A DNA stretch of 51,185 nucleotides from Rozella allomycis CSF55 (Eukaryota), in contig KE560903.1 of NCBI GenBank assembly GCA_000442015.1, forward strand, positions 62,001-113,185, read 5' to 3'. The first letter of the stretch is position 1; every line of letters starts with the position of its first letter. This document shows positions 11,472 through 24,432 of this stretch, piece after piece. Position numbers and translations under genes: made by a program. Under the pieces are notes generated by a model. It was given only the letters and a program-made list of their open reading frames with translations. It searched no databases and was not told the origin of the DNA.

Positions 11472-13031
11472 TTAAAGTTCAAGTTCATCTGCATATGGCA
11501 ATTTGAAATCATCTCCCAATGCAACTACACTTGGTTTTGAGGAGAATACTTTGTTTAAAACCTATATTTGAGAAACATTAAATTTTACTTGTTTAACTTG
11601 TTCAGCTGTTACTTCATGAAGGGCAGATTTAAGTTCATCGTGAGTTTTGTAATTCCCGCCAAACAAGACCTTTGAAGATGAATAGTGAGACTTACTTGAT
11701 TAGCCATGTAATCTGAATGAGATTCACGATTACCAATTTGATAATGATATGTCATTAAGGCATTATTCTTTCCCCTTTGTAAAAGTTCATCATTCAATTC
11801 GAAGGACTTTGCAGTTTGGACAGTCTTTTCAATGACTTTCTTTAATCTATCCTTTGAAGCGAGAGATTTAAATGTAAAAGTGAATAATCCTGCGTCTGAG
11901 TAACTAAAATGATTGTCTGAAATGTTAACATTCGCAAATTCATTGTCAACTTCATGGATTACTGACTCACCTCTTCCAAATGGTATGTTAACGTCTGTTC
12001 TTAATAATGCAGAAAGAACGAGAAACGCTGGATAATCTTTATCCTTGAGACTAACACCTTCAAATCCTAATCCAAAGTAATTCAATTCATCAGAGTTATT
12101 CTCACCTCTCCATTCACCACCTTTGTATACAGACGCATCTTTCAATAATTCCATTCCTCCTGACAATCCGTTCAATCTTGATGATAAATCAGCCAACTCT
12201 TTAGGATTAGCGAATTTCTTTATTTCTTCCTAAGTTACAAGAATTATTTTGTATTACTGAGCCTAAATCTTTCAAGGTTGTAATTCCACCATTAGGAAAC
12301 ATTTTACCAGCAACATCTTGAACCAATGCATGGTCAACATTAACACCCGTGACAACAACGTTAGCATCCTTAGTTGCATTCAGATAATACTCCAACATGT
12401 TATTAGGATCCAATGAAATAGATTTAGGGTTAACAAATAATGGATTTCCTAATCCTTTTCTGAATGCCACTCTATGAAGTTTATCCTGGACAACTATGTT
12501 CCCATTCGTCTCAGCTTGCTCAAATTCAAATTTAATAGCTTCCTCAACTTTATGCATGTCGTAATCCCTAAAACTTGGCAAAGATAACATGGAACTCATG
12601 TAATCAAGAACATCCGTTGTAAGTTGACGGGGAAAATCTGCACTCACAGTCAGGTACTCGCGCCCAAATGTGGCCGCAGTCTTTGAAGATGCAACTTCAA
12701 TAGCTCTGTGAATAGCTACTTGTCGGTAAACCAAATTGTTTTTAAACATGACATGCTTTATCGCCTGTGTGTATCCTAATGAAGTTGAACTTTCGTTTCT
12801 GGTTCCAATCGGAATCGAAAGCATCAGATGGCTATTCATTTGATGTCTATCTACTGTTGCAAAGTGCAATCGATTGGCGTTGCTGAATTGAACATTGGGC
12901 TTTGGCAACTTGTCAACAAATTCAAATGGACCACTGGATTCTTTTGCTGCTGCACTTTCACCTGTAGCCGATGCAAAAGAACGACGTAAAAGAGAATATT
13001 GTTTACGAAATAAGGTAGACCCGCGTGACAT
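11472..13031 (-). CDS. QCR2: Non-catalytic M16 family protein, cytochrome bc1 core protein 2 / MPP-alpha-like
   Basis: Mitochondrial presequence, GTRNE, LHRVAFRKGLGNPL, FSYSDAGLF, C-terminal ALGD..LPYADEL; lacks HXXEH; 3 tiny introns. Confidence 0.75.
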
Positions 13032-13113
13032 TACCAGGGTTTATGATGTGGACGTAATAAAGGAAACAATTATGATTATCATTTAAATTGTATAATGGCA
13101 AAAATTATCAAAT

Positions 13114-16100
13114 TTATTTTTCGGGCAAATCATCTGCTTCTTTAATGGGCTTATAAATGCTTGCAATTTCATGGCAGTCATCAAAGATACATGCGATGAT
13201 TCTGTATCTACCTGGATTTGGCAAATCAATTTCGAGGCGTCGCAGCTGTGTGCTAGAGGATCGCAGGCCAATGGCTTCCGAAATGTCACTCGCAATGTTT
13301 GTAATAGCTCCTTCCTTATCACTCTTCTTATAATCAAAATAACGTAAATCAGGAATCGTTTCTATTCGAAAGTTAAGGGGTTTGGTAGAATCGTCAATGT
13401 TTAGTATATTCCCGCAAGAATCAATCGCTTCAAAGAAGTATAAATTTGACCTATCGTTATCGGCTCTTACTAACCGACTGTTTTGAAAAGATGGAATGAT
13501 TTTTTCTATTTTCCATGATTCAATTTTCAGCTTGTTTTTCTTTTCTTCAGCCAACAAGCCGAAATATAGATTTGAATCACCTAATTTGCTTAATGAGATA
13601 GAGANCTTAATGAGATAGAGAGTTGGGATTGTAAAATTTTAGAACTAGCTTTGTCAATTACTTTGATTGACATTAAGGATTGAAAAGAATTGTAATAAAT
13701 CCTAACTTCTGCGTTTCTTAGTGGATATTGATTCTTCAATAACGTCTTGCCTCTAAATATAAGATAGTATTCACTTGAAGATACATGAAAAGCAAAGCTA
13801 TCGTGTGATAATTCTTTAAGATTAGCCTGTGCTTGGAGTTGAAAGACTTTAAGATTAGTTTGAGATGAGCGATGTGAGAAAGATAGTGAAAGAATAAAAG
13901 ACTCGCTTGAATGGATTGTCGCAGGGTACCAGTATATATCATTTTCTGTTGGTGATTGAGAATTATCGTATATACGAAAACTATTTTGCTTTGGTAATGG
14001 AGAAATGGTATCTGCCAATCGTGAACGAGGAATACAATTCATGATAGTTCGACATACATCCTTTCTGATTGCTTTCTCTGTTGTCGATATTTTATTCATT
14101 GTAATATTTATTGGAAAAAGAAATGGTTCCTGATTTTCATTGGCCACCACTAGAAATAGTTGGACTGCAATATTGATGCAATGATTTAATCCATTCTTAA
14201 TTATCGAAGAAAAAGTTTCTCCAAGTTTAATCAACTTTAACGGTACAGTTAAGGAATTAACAGTCATTGGTTTCAATTGCAAGAGAGATGAAGAACTTGA
14301 ATTAGTATATAAGCATTCAGGATATGGATTGACATTACATTGTTTTGTTAATTTTCTATAAACAGCAATTTTTCGACTTGTGACCGATTTTGGATCATAT
14401 AAAGATACGCTTAGGTGTAAAGAAGCCAAAGAAACCTCCAAAAGAGTTGGATTATAGATATCCATTTTTAGTGGAACGCTTAATTTAAACAATGAAAAGA
14501 AGTCAGAGAAATCGAAAGCTACGTTAAAAAACGAAGGTTCAACATGTTTGGAATCTCTGATGATCAAGTCTTCTTGGTAATTTTGAATAAAAACAGGAAT
14601 TCTAAAACTAATTTTCAATATCTCTTCTTTTCCATTGACAAATAAAAGATCCAAGTTAGATCCTTGGCCGCCCACTATCGCATTTATTACCCTTGTCACT
14701 TGCATCTTGTCATTATAGAGCATCAAAAACAAATCTGAATTATGATAATAAACATTGAATAATATATTCTCTTTCTCATAAAGATTAATTTTGAATCCAT
14801 CGGACAAGAATTTGTTCAAGTTTGAGTCTAAATACTTGTCTAAAATAAACTGAAGAGTTAAGAAAGATTTTTCTGTTTTTATCACTTTAACATTAATATA
14901 GTCTTGAAGATTAAATGCGTAATTCTCAACTTGCATTTCATTAATTACATTTGACAATATGTTTGAGAGAAGATTCGTTCGTGCAACGTCACTTTGTCCA
15001 TAAGAGAGAGTAAAGTTATCAAACGGGATGGTTTTAATGTTCAGATTTTTCACAGATGGACTAGCAATAGACGTTGGCGCGAAAACCTGAAACATCTCTA
15101 AAGATTTTAGAACATTGTAAGCATCTGCATACTGATTTGTTGTTTTTATGGTAATATTGATTGGTTCTACAATTTGTGCAGATTTTTTAAAGTTATCCGT
15201 GGGTTTTCTGTTTGAAGTCATACTAAACATAAATTGTTTAGCGTCAATCATAATCATTGAAAATCCATTAACGAAAATATCAAAGAAAATGGGATCTGAG
15301 CTAAACTCGAATCTTAATTGTGTGATATTCATATTGAAGGAAAAGATATCCAAAATGGAGAAGATCTCAGAAGATATATTTTGAAAGAAACTTGTTAATT
15401 CACTTTCAAGATCAATAACAATGGAGACTTGAAATGGTTCAGAGAAAGATTGGATCTTGAAAAAATCACAAAAGTAGGGAATAAAACATGGAAAGTTCTT
15501 ATCCTTAATTATTGCCTTAAAGTTAGGAACCCAATCAAGAAAGCTAAAGAAATTGAAATCTTCATCAACTTTTATCTGCTGTCTGCTTGAAATTAGATTC
15601 CTAATATCATCTCCATCAATTCCATTAGATTTTATGAAAGTTTTGATATTATTATGCTGAATAGCACAATCATTGTAATTATAGATAAATCCTTCAAAAT
15701 GAAATGAAGGAAGTTGCTTTTCTTTGTTTTCCCAATAACCAAATATCCTTTGAAAGAAATCTAAAAAGTCTCGAGAAACGCCGAGCTCAGAATAGGTACT
15801 AACAGTCAATTTAATGTCAGGAGTAGAGAATAATTCAGAATGTGGTGAATTACCCAATCGAATAGGTAAAGAATTTTGCTCTAATTGAAACCTAAAGATT
15901 AACGAAGATTGATACATCAAAGAAACATCTATTTTACCCCATTTTATAATGAAAACGCCGGATGGTATATTTTTGATATCTTCAACCGTTTCAGATTTTG
16001 GTAGAGAAAAAGTAAAAACAATGTCCATAGATTTTAGATCAGGAGATTTGATTTCAAGTTTCAACTTTGATTCATCAATGTGCTTTTTTGCACTATCCGG

Positions 16101-18877
16101 TGTGGGCTCTGCTAATAACGCAGATGCTTCGTATATTTTCAAATTGTTAACTTTGGCATTATTCAACTCATAATAAGTTCCATATTGAAACACTGGCTTG
16201 GAATAAATCATCATCGCAATTATTCTTGATAACATGTTTAATTCATTATCCAAATTGAGATACAATTTTATAACAGCAACTATCTCATCTTTTTCGCGAT
16301 TCTTCATATTCTTCAATCGGTCCTTTATCTCACTTTCAAAGTCCTCCTTGTATTCATTTCTCTTATCAAAATATAAATAATCTTGTAAAAGAAGGAAAAA
16401 AGATTTAGAATCTAAAATTGTAGCATTAACGCGTATCCCTTGAATATTTTTAACGTTATCCCATTTATTTTGCTTTATGGTAACATATTTAAAGACGCTA
16501 TTTTGTTTACAGTCTAAAGCGGCAGAAATATATAGTTCATCCATAGAGATTTTGAGCATTGAGGTCGTTTCACCTCTAAATTCATCATTTCTTTTCAAAT
16601 AAAGGTCAACGTCACTAATCGATAGCTGAAAATCTACGCGAACAGGTCGAACTATGTTATTTGTGAATTTATCTATAAAATTTAACCTTTCGGGCAATAA
16701 AAATGCTATATAACATGAACTCTCGTTAAAACCTAAAAACTCTAAACCTTTAAAGGGGAATGAAGAATCAACCTCGACTATTGCTTCACCCCCTACTTTT
16801 TTCAATTTACGGCTGTCTTTAAGTAAAAATCCTGGCCATTCCCCTTCATATCTTTGCCGCAAATTGGAATGGATGAAAAATGACATTTTGACTGAATCAA
16901 AACTCTCGCCCTTGAAAAATGAAAATAACAAATCTGCTATGGCACCGTCTCTACGAATTAACTTCTTAAATGAACGATTATTATTATCATTGACTATGTC
17001 AGCATGCCAAATAACTTGTCCCCCATGTAAGCTTGTTACAAAATCACTGGAAAGTTGAAACAATCCTAAATTGAAATGCAAAAAGGATTCATCTAGCCCC
17101 ATGTTTAAAACCCTGACCTTCTGTGATAGCTTATGATCAGTTTCAACCAAAACACTCAATGATGGCCATTTTACCTTAATATGAGGACCTCCTAGAGTAT
17201 CAGTGGGCAGCGAAGCATTAAAATTGCTATAAACAGTATATTTTTCAGATTTAATTTTAGATGATATAGAATATAGCAAAGGATTAAGAGAATCATCATA
17301 CTCAAAAGCGTTTGTAGCTACTAGGTCGTTTTCGTACATACTTATGTTAAATTTAAAAAGAGATATTATATCCGAGAGGAAGGAATTCTTTGACCCACTA
17401 GACATCCTCAAACAATATTCATATTCTTCGCTACGAGAAATTAACTCAGTAAACCCTTTCAATGTATCAGGTAGATTGCTCGTTTGTATCTTAACATCGA
17501 TATTCAAAAAATCTTTCTCTGCTCGGCTTTCAATTGTTAGATTTAATAATTCAAAAGAAAGTAATTTGTCTTCAATGTCTATTCTTTGAAGTTGTGTTTC
17601 AATTGAAATTATGGGAAACCCCGTCAAAAATTCAAAATTCGGCTCGTCTTCCTCTACTATAAAACTAATCATTCTATTNCTACTATAAAACTGATCATTC
17701 TATTATATAATTTTATATTCCACAACCATTCAAATAGATTTCTTTCTGTTTGTTGTAAATCAACAAGTTCAATTTCTACCCCGTTTAGGCTATATTCATC
17801 ATTCATCTCTTTAAGATGCCTTACAGACTTTATAGAATCAGGTTTTTTGTCGTTAAGCACATCACTTTTAGTACTTATTTCTAGCTTAAGCTGCGCATCG
17901 TCCAATAAATTCAGGATTTGGCATTTTTGATTGTTTTTGAATGAAAAGACTAGAGGAATGTCTTCTTTATTTTGCAACATTTTGACAAACTCAGTAATTC
18001 TAAATTCATATTTTCTGCTTGTCGAGAATTCCACCTTCATTGGCTCATCGTCAGTTTTGAAAGTTCCACTATGGACAAGTACATCTAATATTCTTTGCTC
18101 GCTATTAAATAAATTGATTTGAAAATTGGTATCGGGAAAATCTATTATAAAAGCCTCGTAACCAGATTTCGCTAATTCAACCATAAAACCTGCGCTCTCC
18201 TTTGGATCTATGTCCAAATATTTTATACTTTTAATAGAGAAGGGCCAATTTTTATTTTCAGCCTCCGTTTCATGATTTTCGCCAAAAAGATCATTTAATG
18301 CTATGCTACGATCAATTGAAGCTACCAATGGAAATATAAATGAATTTGTTCGTACCGTTGCAAAAAATCTCAAGCTAGTACCTTCCGCGATGTTCTGAAT
18401 TTCGTTATATTTAAAATATTCTGCAAAACTACTCTCATTAAATTTCAATGTCAATTCACTTTTTATAGGTACTCTTTCTCTCGAATTAATTATCAAATCA
18501 ACACTATTAGTCTCGATCAAATCATATTCAGATGAATTTTTAAAATATAACTTGATTGTTATATCTCCAATAACTGCATTAAGAAGTGTTGGGTTATAAA
18601 AATCAATGTCAAGTAAAAGACGTGGACCAATCTCCTCACAAACATTGGTAACATGAATGCTGTTTACTTTGAATTCTAAAGTAGTTTTATCTATAATAAC
18701 AATTAATATGGATATCCCAAGTGAAAGAAAGTATACGAGAATGCCAAAGATGACCAAAATTGATGTACTTTTAACTGGATTGTTTTTTAGCTTTGCCCAA
18801 GTATTTTTAAAGAAGAGAAAAATGCCCGTTTCTGACTTCTTATTTCTTTCAAGTATTGGTGTTTCTTCGTTATCCAT
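13114..18877 (-). CDS. ~1,900-aa single-pass membrane protein with LEA_2/DUF3712-like beta domains, degenerate L-type lectin domain and C-terminal Ig/filamin-like domain
   Basis: ORFs of 402, 1360 and 147 aa fuse in frame when the duplications at N17679 and N13605 are collapsed (...YNRMISFIVEEDE...; ...SISLSKLGDSNLYFGLLAEE...). N-terminal TM at about aa 38-62; FYNPT and IYNPT LEA_2-like motifs. Confidence 0.7.
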
Positions 18878-19107
18878 TTACCCGTCAAACCTAAATAAAA
18901 ACAAACCGTGACTGAATCGGTTAACATAAAATAATCTGTTAAAATCATTAGTCTCGCAAAAACAAGAAATCACCAGGCGAGAATCTAACAGCTCACAAGA
19001 TGTAATAATCGTATTTTGAACCTCATTGACGCCACCACGCGATTAAGAATATCAAAGCAAGAAACCAAATTCGCAAATAACTCAAAATAAATTAAAGCAT
19101 TCATTGT

Positions 19108-20265
19108 TTAATTATAAATTGACACGCTCTTGTCAACGTCATCACGGAAGTATCGCCAGAAGTAAGAAGAAATCGATAATATTTGTAAGTGTTCATCAGC
19201 ACCTGTAGTCAAGGAATATTCAGATTGACCTATAACACCAGAAATCAACGCCTTTTGCACATCAGAAATAAAATGACTGGATACTAAATCATTGGAGATC
19301 TATTTCTACAACAGAACTTAATTACTTGCAATATAATTTGAATAACTGAATAACCATTGAGTATTATTTCGTTTTTAACAAAATCACATAAATCTTGAAA
19401 AGAAGAGTCATCATTTCTTAGTATTTCAAAAAAGGACGCAATAACTTCAGATGGAATAACCTTTATCAAAAAGAGTAGATGATCATACCCCAGAAAGCTC
19501 TGTGACCAATTCTTCATCAACAGTTTTCGATACATTTGCACAAGTTTGCATCAAGGTGATTGACCTTCTCAAGTCTCCTTCAGCAATATCAATTAACTTA
19601 GTTAATGCCCCATCAGTAATATCCACATTTTCATTTTCACAAATAAACTTTAATCTGGATTTGGTTGAACCAAAATCTAAAGGTTTGAATCTAAATTTTG
19701 CACATCTTGAGGCCAATGGTTCAATTATTCTATTGACTTACAAATTACCATGTACCTGCTAACATAATTGCAACACAAACAAAATCTGGTCACTTTAGAA
19801 TATGTTTCCATAGTCCTTCTAAGAGCAGTTTGAGCATCCTGAGTGAGTGAATCCGCTTCATCCAGAATCACAATCTTAAAAGGAGGCGCACTGGAGGCAG
19901 TTTTTGAGACAGCTAATCGAGCAAAATTTTTAATTTTTTCTCGTACTACTTGAATACCCCTTTCATCTGAAGCATTAAGCTCTAACACTCTCGCTTTAAA
20001 TAGCTCGGGAGTACTAAATTGGAGTAATGTTGGTTAAAATTACCCAAATAAATCTCTACACAAGGCCAAAATGGTAGATGTCTTCCCAGTACCTGCTGGC
20101 CCATAAAAGAGTAAATGAGGCAGTTGTGCATAGTCTTCTACGGTATTCTTTAGCATCGATATGACTTGATCTTGTGATTGAACATCCTTAATACTTTTGG
20201 GGCGACTATGAATTTAAAAACACTACAGAATTTTACTATTTTTCAACCCAAGGCTGTGCAACCAT
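19108..20265 (-). CDS. RFC2: Replication factor C small subunit (yeast RFC2 / human RFC4 type)
   Basis: [60 protein letters not shown]; 5 tiny GT-AG introns. Confidence 0.92.
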
Positions 20266-20327
20266 TTTGATGGCTTAGCACCAATGTTGTTATTTTGAAG
20301 CATGAATCGTTGCCAAGTAGAACTTCC

Positions 20328-21734
20328 ATGACTTTGAGGTGGCGTCTACATTTTTTATCATGCTTTATAGTTTTTGTTAACTTCTATACTTATGACCTTC
20401 CCGCTTCGCTTTACAGACCACTTAAAGTTCATTTGCAAATGGGAACTGAATATCCATTTTATAATAGTTTAATGTACACTATATACAGCTTTCCCAATAT
20501 TGTTCTCCCTTGGGCGGCGGGAATAATGCTGGACAAAGCGGGTGGCGATAAATGGGTTTATGTGTTTGCCTCATTGATAGGAATCGGTCAATTTTGTGTG
20601 TCATTGGGTATCTTTATCAAATCAGTTGTATTTATCCTGATCGGAAGGTAAGAAGCTATTGTTGCAACGTTAGACTGATTTTTGGCTTAGGTGGTGAGAG
20701 TTTATCGGTTGCTCAGTCAAATTGGATAATGACTTTATTTGACTCAAAAACTTCTACGTTTGCAATGGGCATTTACTTAAGTATAGGAAGATTTGGGACC
20801 ATTTTAAATAACATATTAAATGCTCTAATTGCAGAGAATATTGGAATTGAATATTGTGCCTTTATTGCCTCGATTCTATCATTCACTTCCATGACTTTTG
20901 CCTTTTATATTCAAAAAAGATTTGACAAGAATGCTGAACTGCTCTCTAAAAAGAAAGGTAAACTTATCACGGTATTTGCTTTTGGATGATCATGAAAATA
21001 CAACAACATTTGGAGATATAATAATGGATTTAAAGGCGGCGCCGATATCTTACTGGATATTAAATATAGTTTGTTTCTGTTACTATGTAACTAATCAAGT
21101 AGTAATTTATTAGGGAACAATAGGTCCGTTCACCGCTATGGCTGCAAACTACCTCGAAAAGACATGGTATAAAGATGATGCTGTGTTAGCAGGATGGATG
21201 ATTGCTTATCCTGACATATTGGCAATATTAATTAGTCCTATTGCGGGTAGACTCACCGATAGATATCAAATGAATTTTTCAGTTTTAGTAGTTAGTGGTG
21301 TTGCAATGACAACGGCATACACATTGCTTTGGTTTGGATTTCATCCATTAGTGTCATTTGCTTTTCTGGGCATTTGTTACTCAACTGTATTTTCACTTTG
21401 GACCAGCCTTCCTAAATTAGTCCACCCTGACGTTTTAGCATCATCGATAGGCTTTACAACAGTATGTATGAACATCGCTTTCGCTGTGGTACCTGCAATT
21501 AACGGCTCAATATCTACAGACCCCAACAATATTGAGTCACCTGTGCGTGTCATGCTTGTACTATCTACCTTAGGTACTTTATGCGCAGTGTTTGTTTTAA
21601 TTCTCAGTAGATTGAGAAATCCCAAGGTTAAAATATATCACGAAATACCTTCAAATTCCACGCCGTCCTTTGTAAATGAATCGACATCTATGTTGTTGTC
21701 TAGAAAAGAAGAAGTTGAAATAAAATTGGAATAA
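20328..21734 (+). CDS. Major facilitator superfamily transporter, MFSD1-like
   Basis: FYTYDLPASL, YTIYSFPNIVLP..AG...DK, GR/LIFGLGGESLSVAQ; about 12 TMs. Three introns, one with a doubtful acceptor (20958-20985). Confidence 0.85.
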
Positions 21735-21865
21735 CAAAAATATAATCCAAAAAGAGTAACATTATTGTTTGTTTGTTTTGTTTTCATCTTACCAAACCAG
21801 GAAAGTCGATCAGGACCCGACAAATATATATACGCCATCAAGTTCTACATATGAATTATTAATTT

Positions 21866-22813
21866 ATGATTGTTCCATCTATATTGATAGTTCTTCTTGC
21901 AAGATTTGCTAGTTGCCATTCCTCAATGTTGTTTCCACCATCAAGATGCCATCCGATGAATCCAAACTCTAATTGCAAAGATTCTAGATGTATAACAACA
22001 CCTCTAAATGGAGGACCTGGCTGTTCTCCCAAACCATTTCCATGCGGCTATTCCCAGAGACACACACCGACAACTGTTAATGCCGGCGAAGTTATTAACG
22101 TGAAATTTTGGAATTCCGAATTTCCAAATGGCGCCTTTTCTGGAGGTGAATCAAAAGATCAAGCAAGACATAATGGTGGATTGTGTGAATTTTCCCTATC
22201 CTATGATGAAAAGACCTTCAACGTGATTGCTACATATGAAAGATCTTGCCCGGATATATTTTTTGATTGGCCAGTCAGAATACCAGATAATGCGCCCGCA
22301 TGTGAAAATTGTTTATTTGCTTGGAGTTGGATAAATGCTTTGGGGAATAGGGAATTTTATATGAATTGTGCAGATGTCAAAATTGTAAATCCAAAAGTAC
22401 CTTCGGGATCGCCTTTTTCAACAAAACCAATAACTACTGCTAATTTAGCTGCTGCTGGGTTTACTAACACCTTGACTCCAGATGGTGATGTTCCCAACAA
22501 TGGCAACGGTAAAGGTTCTGGTCCCAGATCATCTGATGTTTCAAAGAATACTGCCTCTTCAGCTCCAGTAGCGGCTATTTCTTCTCCTAATCCAACATCC
22601 ACGGTCCCGCCCACAGCTCCTTCCGTTCCAGTTGTTAATACGACGCCTGGAACACAACCAACAACACCTGTCACCTCTCAAGCGAATAGTCTGTCATCCT
22701 TGCCAGCAAATAATCTGCCATCTTCCTCGACATTACAAAATGCTAATTCTCTGACCACACCCACTGCTTTTCCTAAACCAAAATGGAAAAGATATAGGAG
22801 ACATAGGCCATAG
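21866..22813 (+). CDS. Secreted lytic polysaccharide monooxygenase, AA11-like (chitin-active type) with S/T/P-rich tail
   Basis: Signal peptide ending ...FASC followed by His1; ARHNGGLCEFSLSYD; FAWSWINALGNREFYMNCADV. Confidence 0.8.
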   Translation: MIVPSILIVLLARFASCHSSMLFPPSRCHPMNPNSNCKDSRCITTPLNGGPGCSPKPFPCGYSQRHTPTTVNAGEVINVKFWNSEFPNGAFSGGESKDQARHNGGLCEFSLSYDEKTFNVIATYERSCPDIFFDWPVRIPDNAPACENCLFAWSWINALGNREFYMNCADVKIVNPKVPSGSPFSTKPITTANLAAAGFTNTLTPDGDVPNNGNGKGSGPRSSDVSKNTASSAPVAAISSPNPTSTVPPTAPSVPVVNTTPGTQPTTPVTSQANSLSSLPANNLPSSSTLQNANSLTTPTAFPKPKWKRYRRHRP

Positions 22814-22904
22814 AGTATTAAAAGAGACAATTAAATAATTAATAAATTTATAAATATTAATTTTTTATCTCAATGTTTATGAATTCCAATTTGAGAATTT
22901 TTGA

Positions 22905-23724
22905 ATGCGAAGGGGCGTTGGAATCGCTGGGCTTCAAAGACAACAACAAATACAAGTACCGGAGTAAATAATACAGAAAAGGATCAATTTCGAGAAAAAG
23001 GAGATGAGATTATGGCCTCTTCTCTTCAGCAGGTGGAAAGACAATTGCAGACATTTAAGGCAAATTTAGAGGAATTTGCCAAAAAGCATAATCATGAAAT
23101 TAAAAAGGATCCAGTATTTAGAGCACAGTTCCATAAAATGTGCTCAGCGTTGGGCGTAGATCCATTGTCGTGTAAGAGTGTTTGATTAATGTTATTAGCT
23201 AGCAAAGGATTTTGGTCCGAATTACTAGGATTTGGAGATTTCTATTATGAGATTGCAATACAACTCATTGAGTTATGCATAAAAGAAAGAGGGAAAACAG
23301 GCGGTCTTCTGGACTTGGAAGAAGTACTTAAGCAATTCGCCAAGATAAGAAAATCATCGCAATCCATAAGCGAGTAATAAAATTGAAGGAAAGAGATAGA
23401 GATGATATACAAAGAGCATTGAATACTTTAAAGCCTTTAGGATGTGCTTATTCCATTGTTGAAATCGGTAAACGAAAAATGATAAAGTGTATACCAAAAG
23501 AATTAAATCAAGACACTCTGTTAATACTAATTCATGTTGAAGAAAGTCAACAATGCACATTTTCAAAACAAGATATTATAAACAAACTTAAATGGTCTTC
23601 CAATAGAGTAGATCTAGCAGTTGATTCATTGCTTTCACAAGGAATGATATGGATAGACGATCAACATGATCCAATCTATACATTATATTGGATTCCTTCT
23701 CTTTGGATTAAATTAACTCAATAA
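22905..23724 (+). CDS. SNF8: ESCRT-II subunit Vps22/SNF8
   Basis: MRRGVGIAGL, FRAQFHKMCSALGVDPL, FWSELLGFGDFYYEIA, GMIWIDDQ; 3 introns of 26-27 nt. Confidence 0.95.
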
Positions 23725-23810
23725 ATGATTTGTTTAATCTGTTAGAATCTTATTGTTTTCGGATTTTTCAAAACAACTCCGATAATTGCTTGACGTAAGA
23801 TTAATTCGAA

Positions 23811-24387
23811 ATGCCTCCAATTAAAATGCTATTCCACTTTTTACAATCCCTTATCATAGTATCATAATCTTTGTTTCAAAATAGATATTTAATATTTGGT
23901 TTCTGCTGGTGGATGTCATAAAAAGCGTCTATTTTACGTCAATACCATATGGATCAATGATTGTTGTTTCATTGTTTGCTATATATTTCGTGGCAACTTA
24001 TAGAACACGCTTAATGCTACTGGTAATACGCGCCTTTTTGTTTTTTGAAGTCTTTTATACTTCAAATTGTGTCACTGTTATATTTTATAGCAGTTTTGAT
24101 CATTACCATTGACCCCAAATTTATTGAAAGATATAATTTAACAGTTCTTAATTCTGATGCATGGAATTATGGCTATTCTCTTGTCTATTTATTAAGTTTT
24201 GGCGGTTCCGTCAACGCCTATTTTCTAATCATACCTTCAGTGGTTGTGTGCTTCATCACGGTAGAAAATAAGTGCTTCTCTTATGCAGATTATAGGATTG
24301 GTTCTTACCTTGATGATTAGGTCTAGGTACTTAGTAGAGGAGAAATTATGTAAACGTGATTGTGTGATAATATATAGATATGTTTAA
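23811..24387 (+). CDS. Small four-transmembrane protein of unknown function
   Basis: ATG 23811 plus three 26-28-nt GT-AG introns give one open frame with four hydrophobic segments; stop at 24385-24387. Confidence 0.6.
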
Positions 24388-24432
24388 CGAATACGCAATG
24401 TAATAAATTTAAAATAAAATAATTCTTATAGT

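Noticed and set aside
18940-19080. U4 snRNA-like words on the minus strand (CAATGAGGTT, CGATTATT) with small hairpins
   Set aside because: No K-turn partner strand, no U6-pairing UGCUAAUU and no clear Sm site; only an Rfam scan could rescue it.
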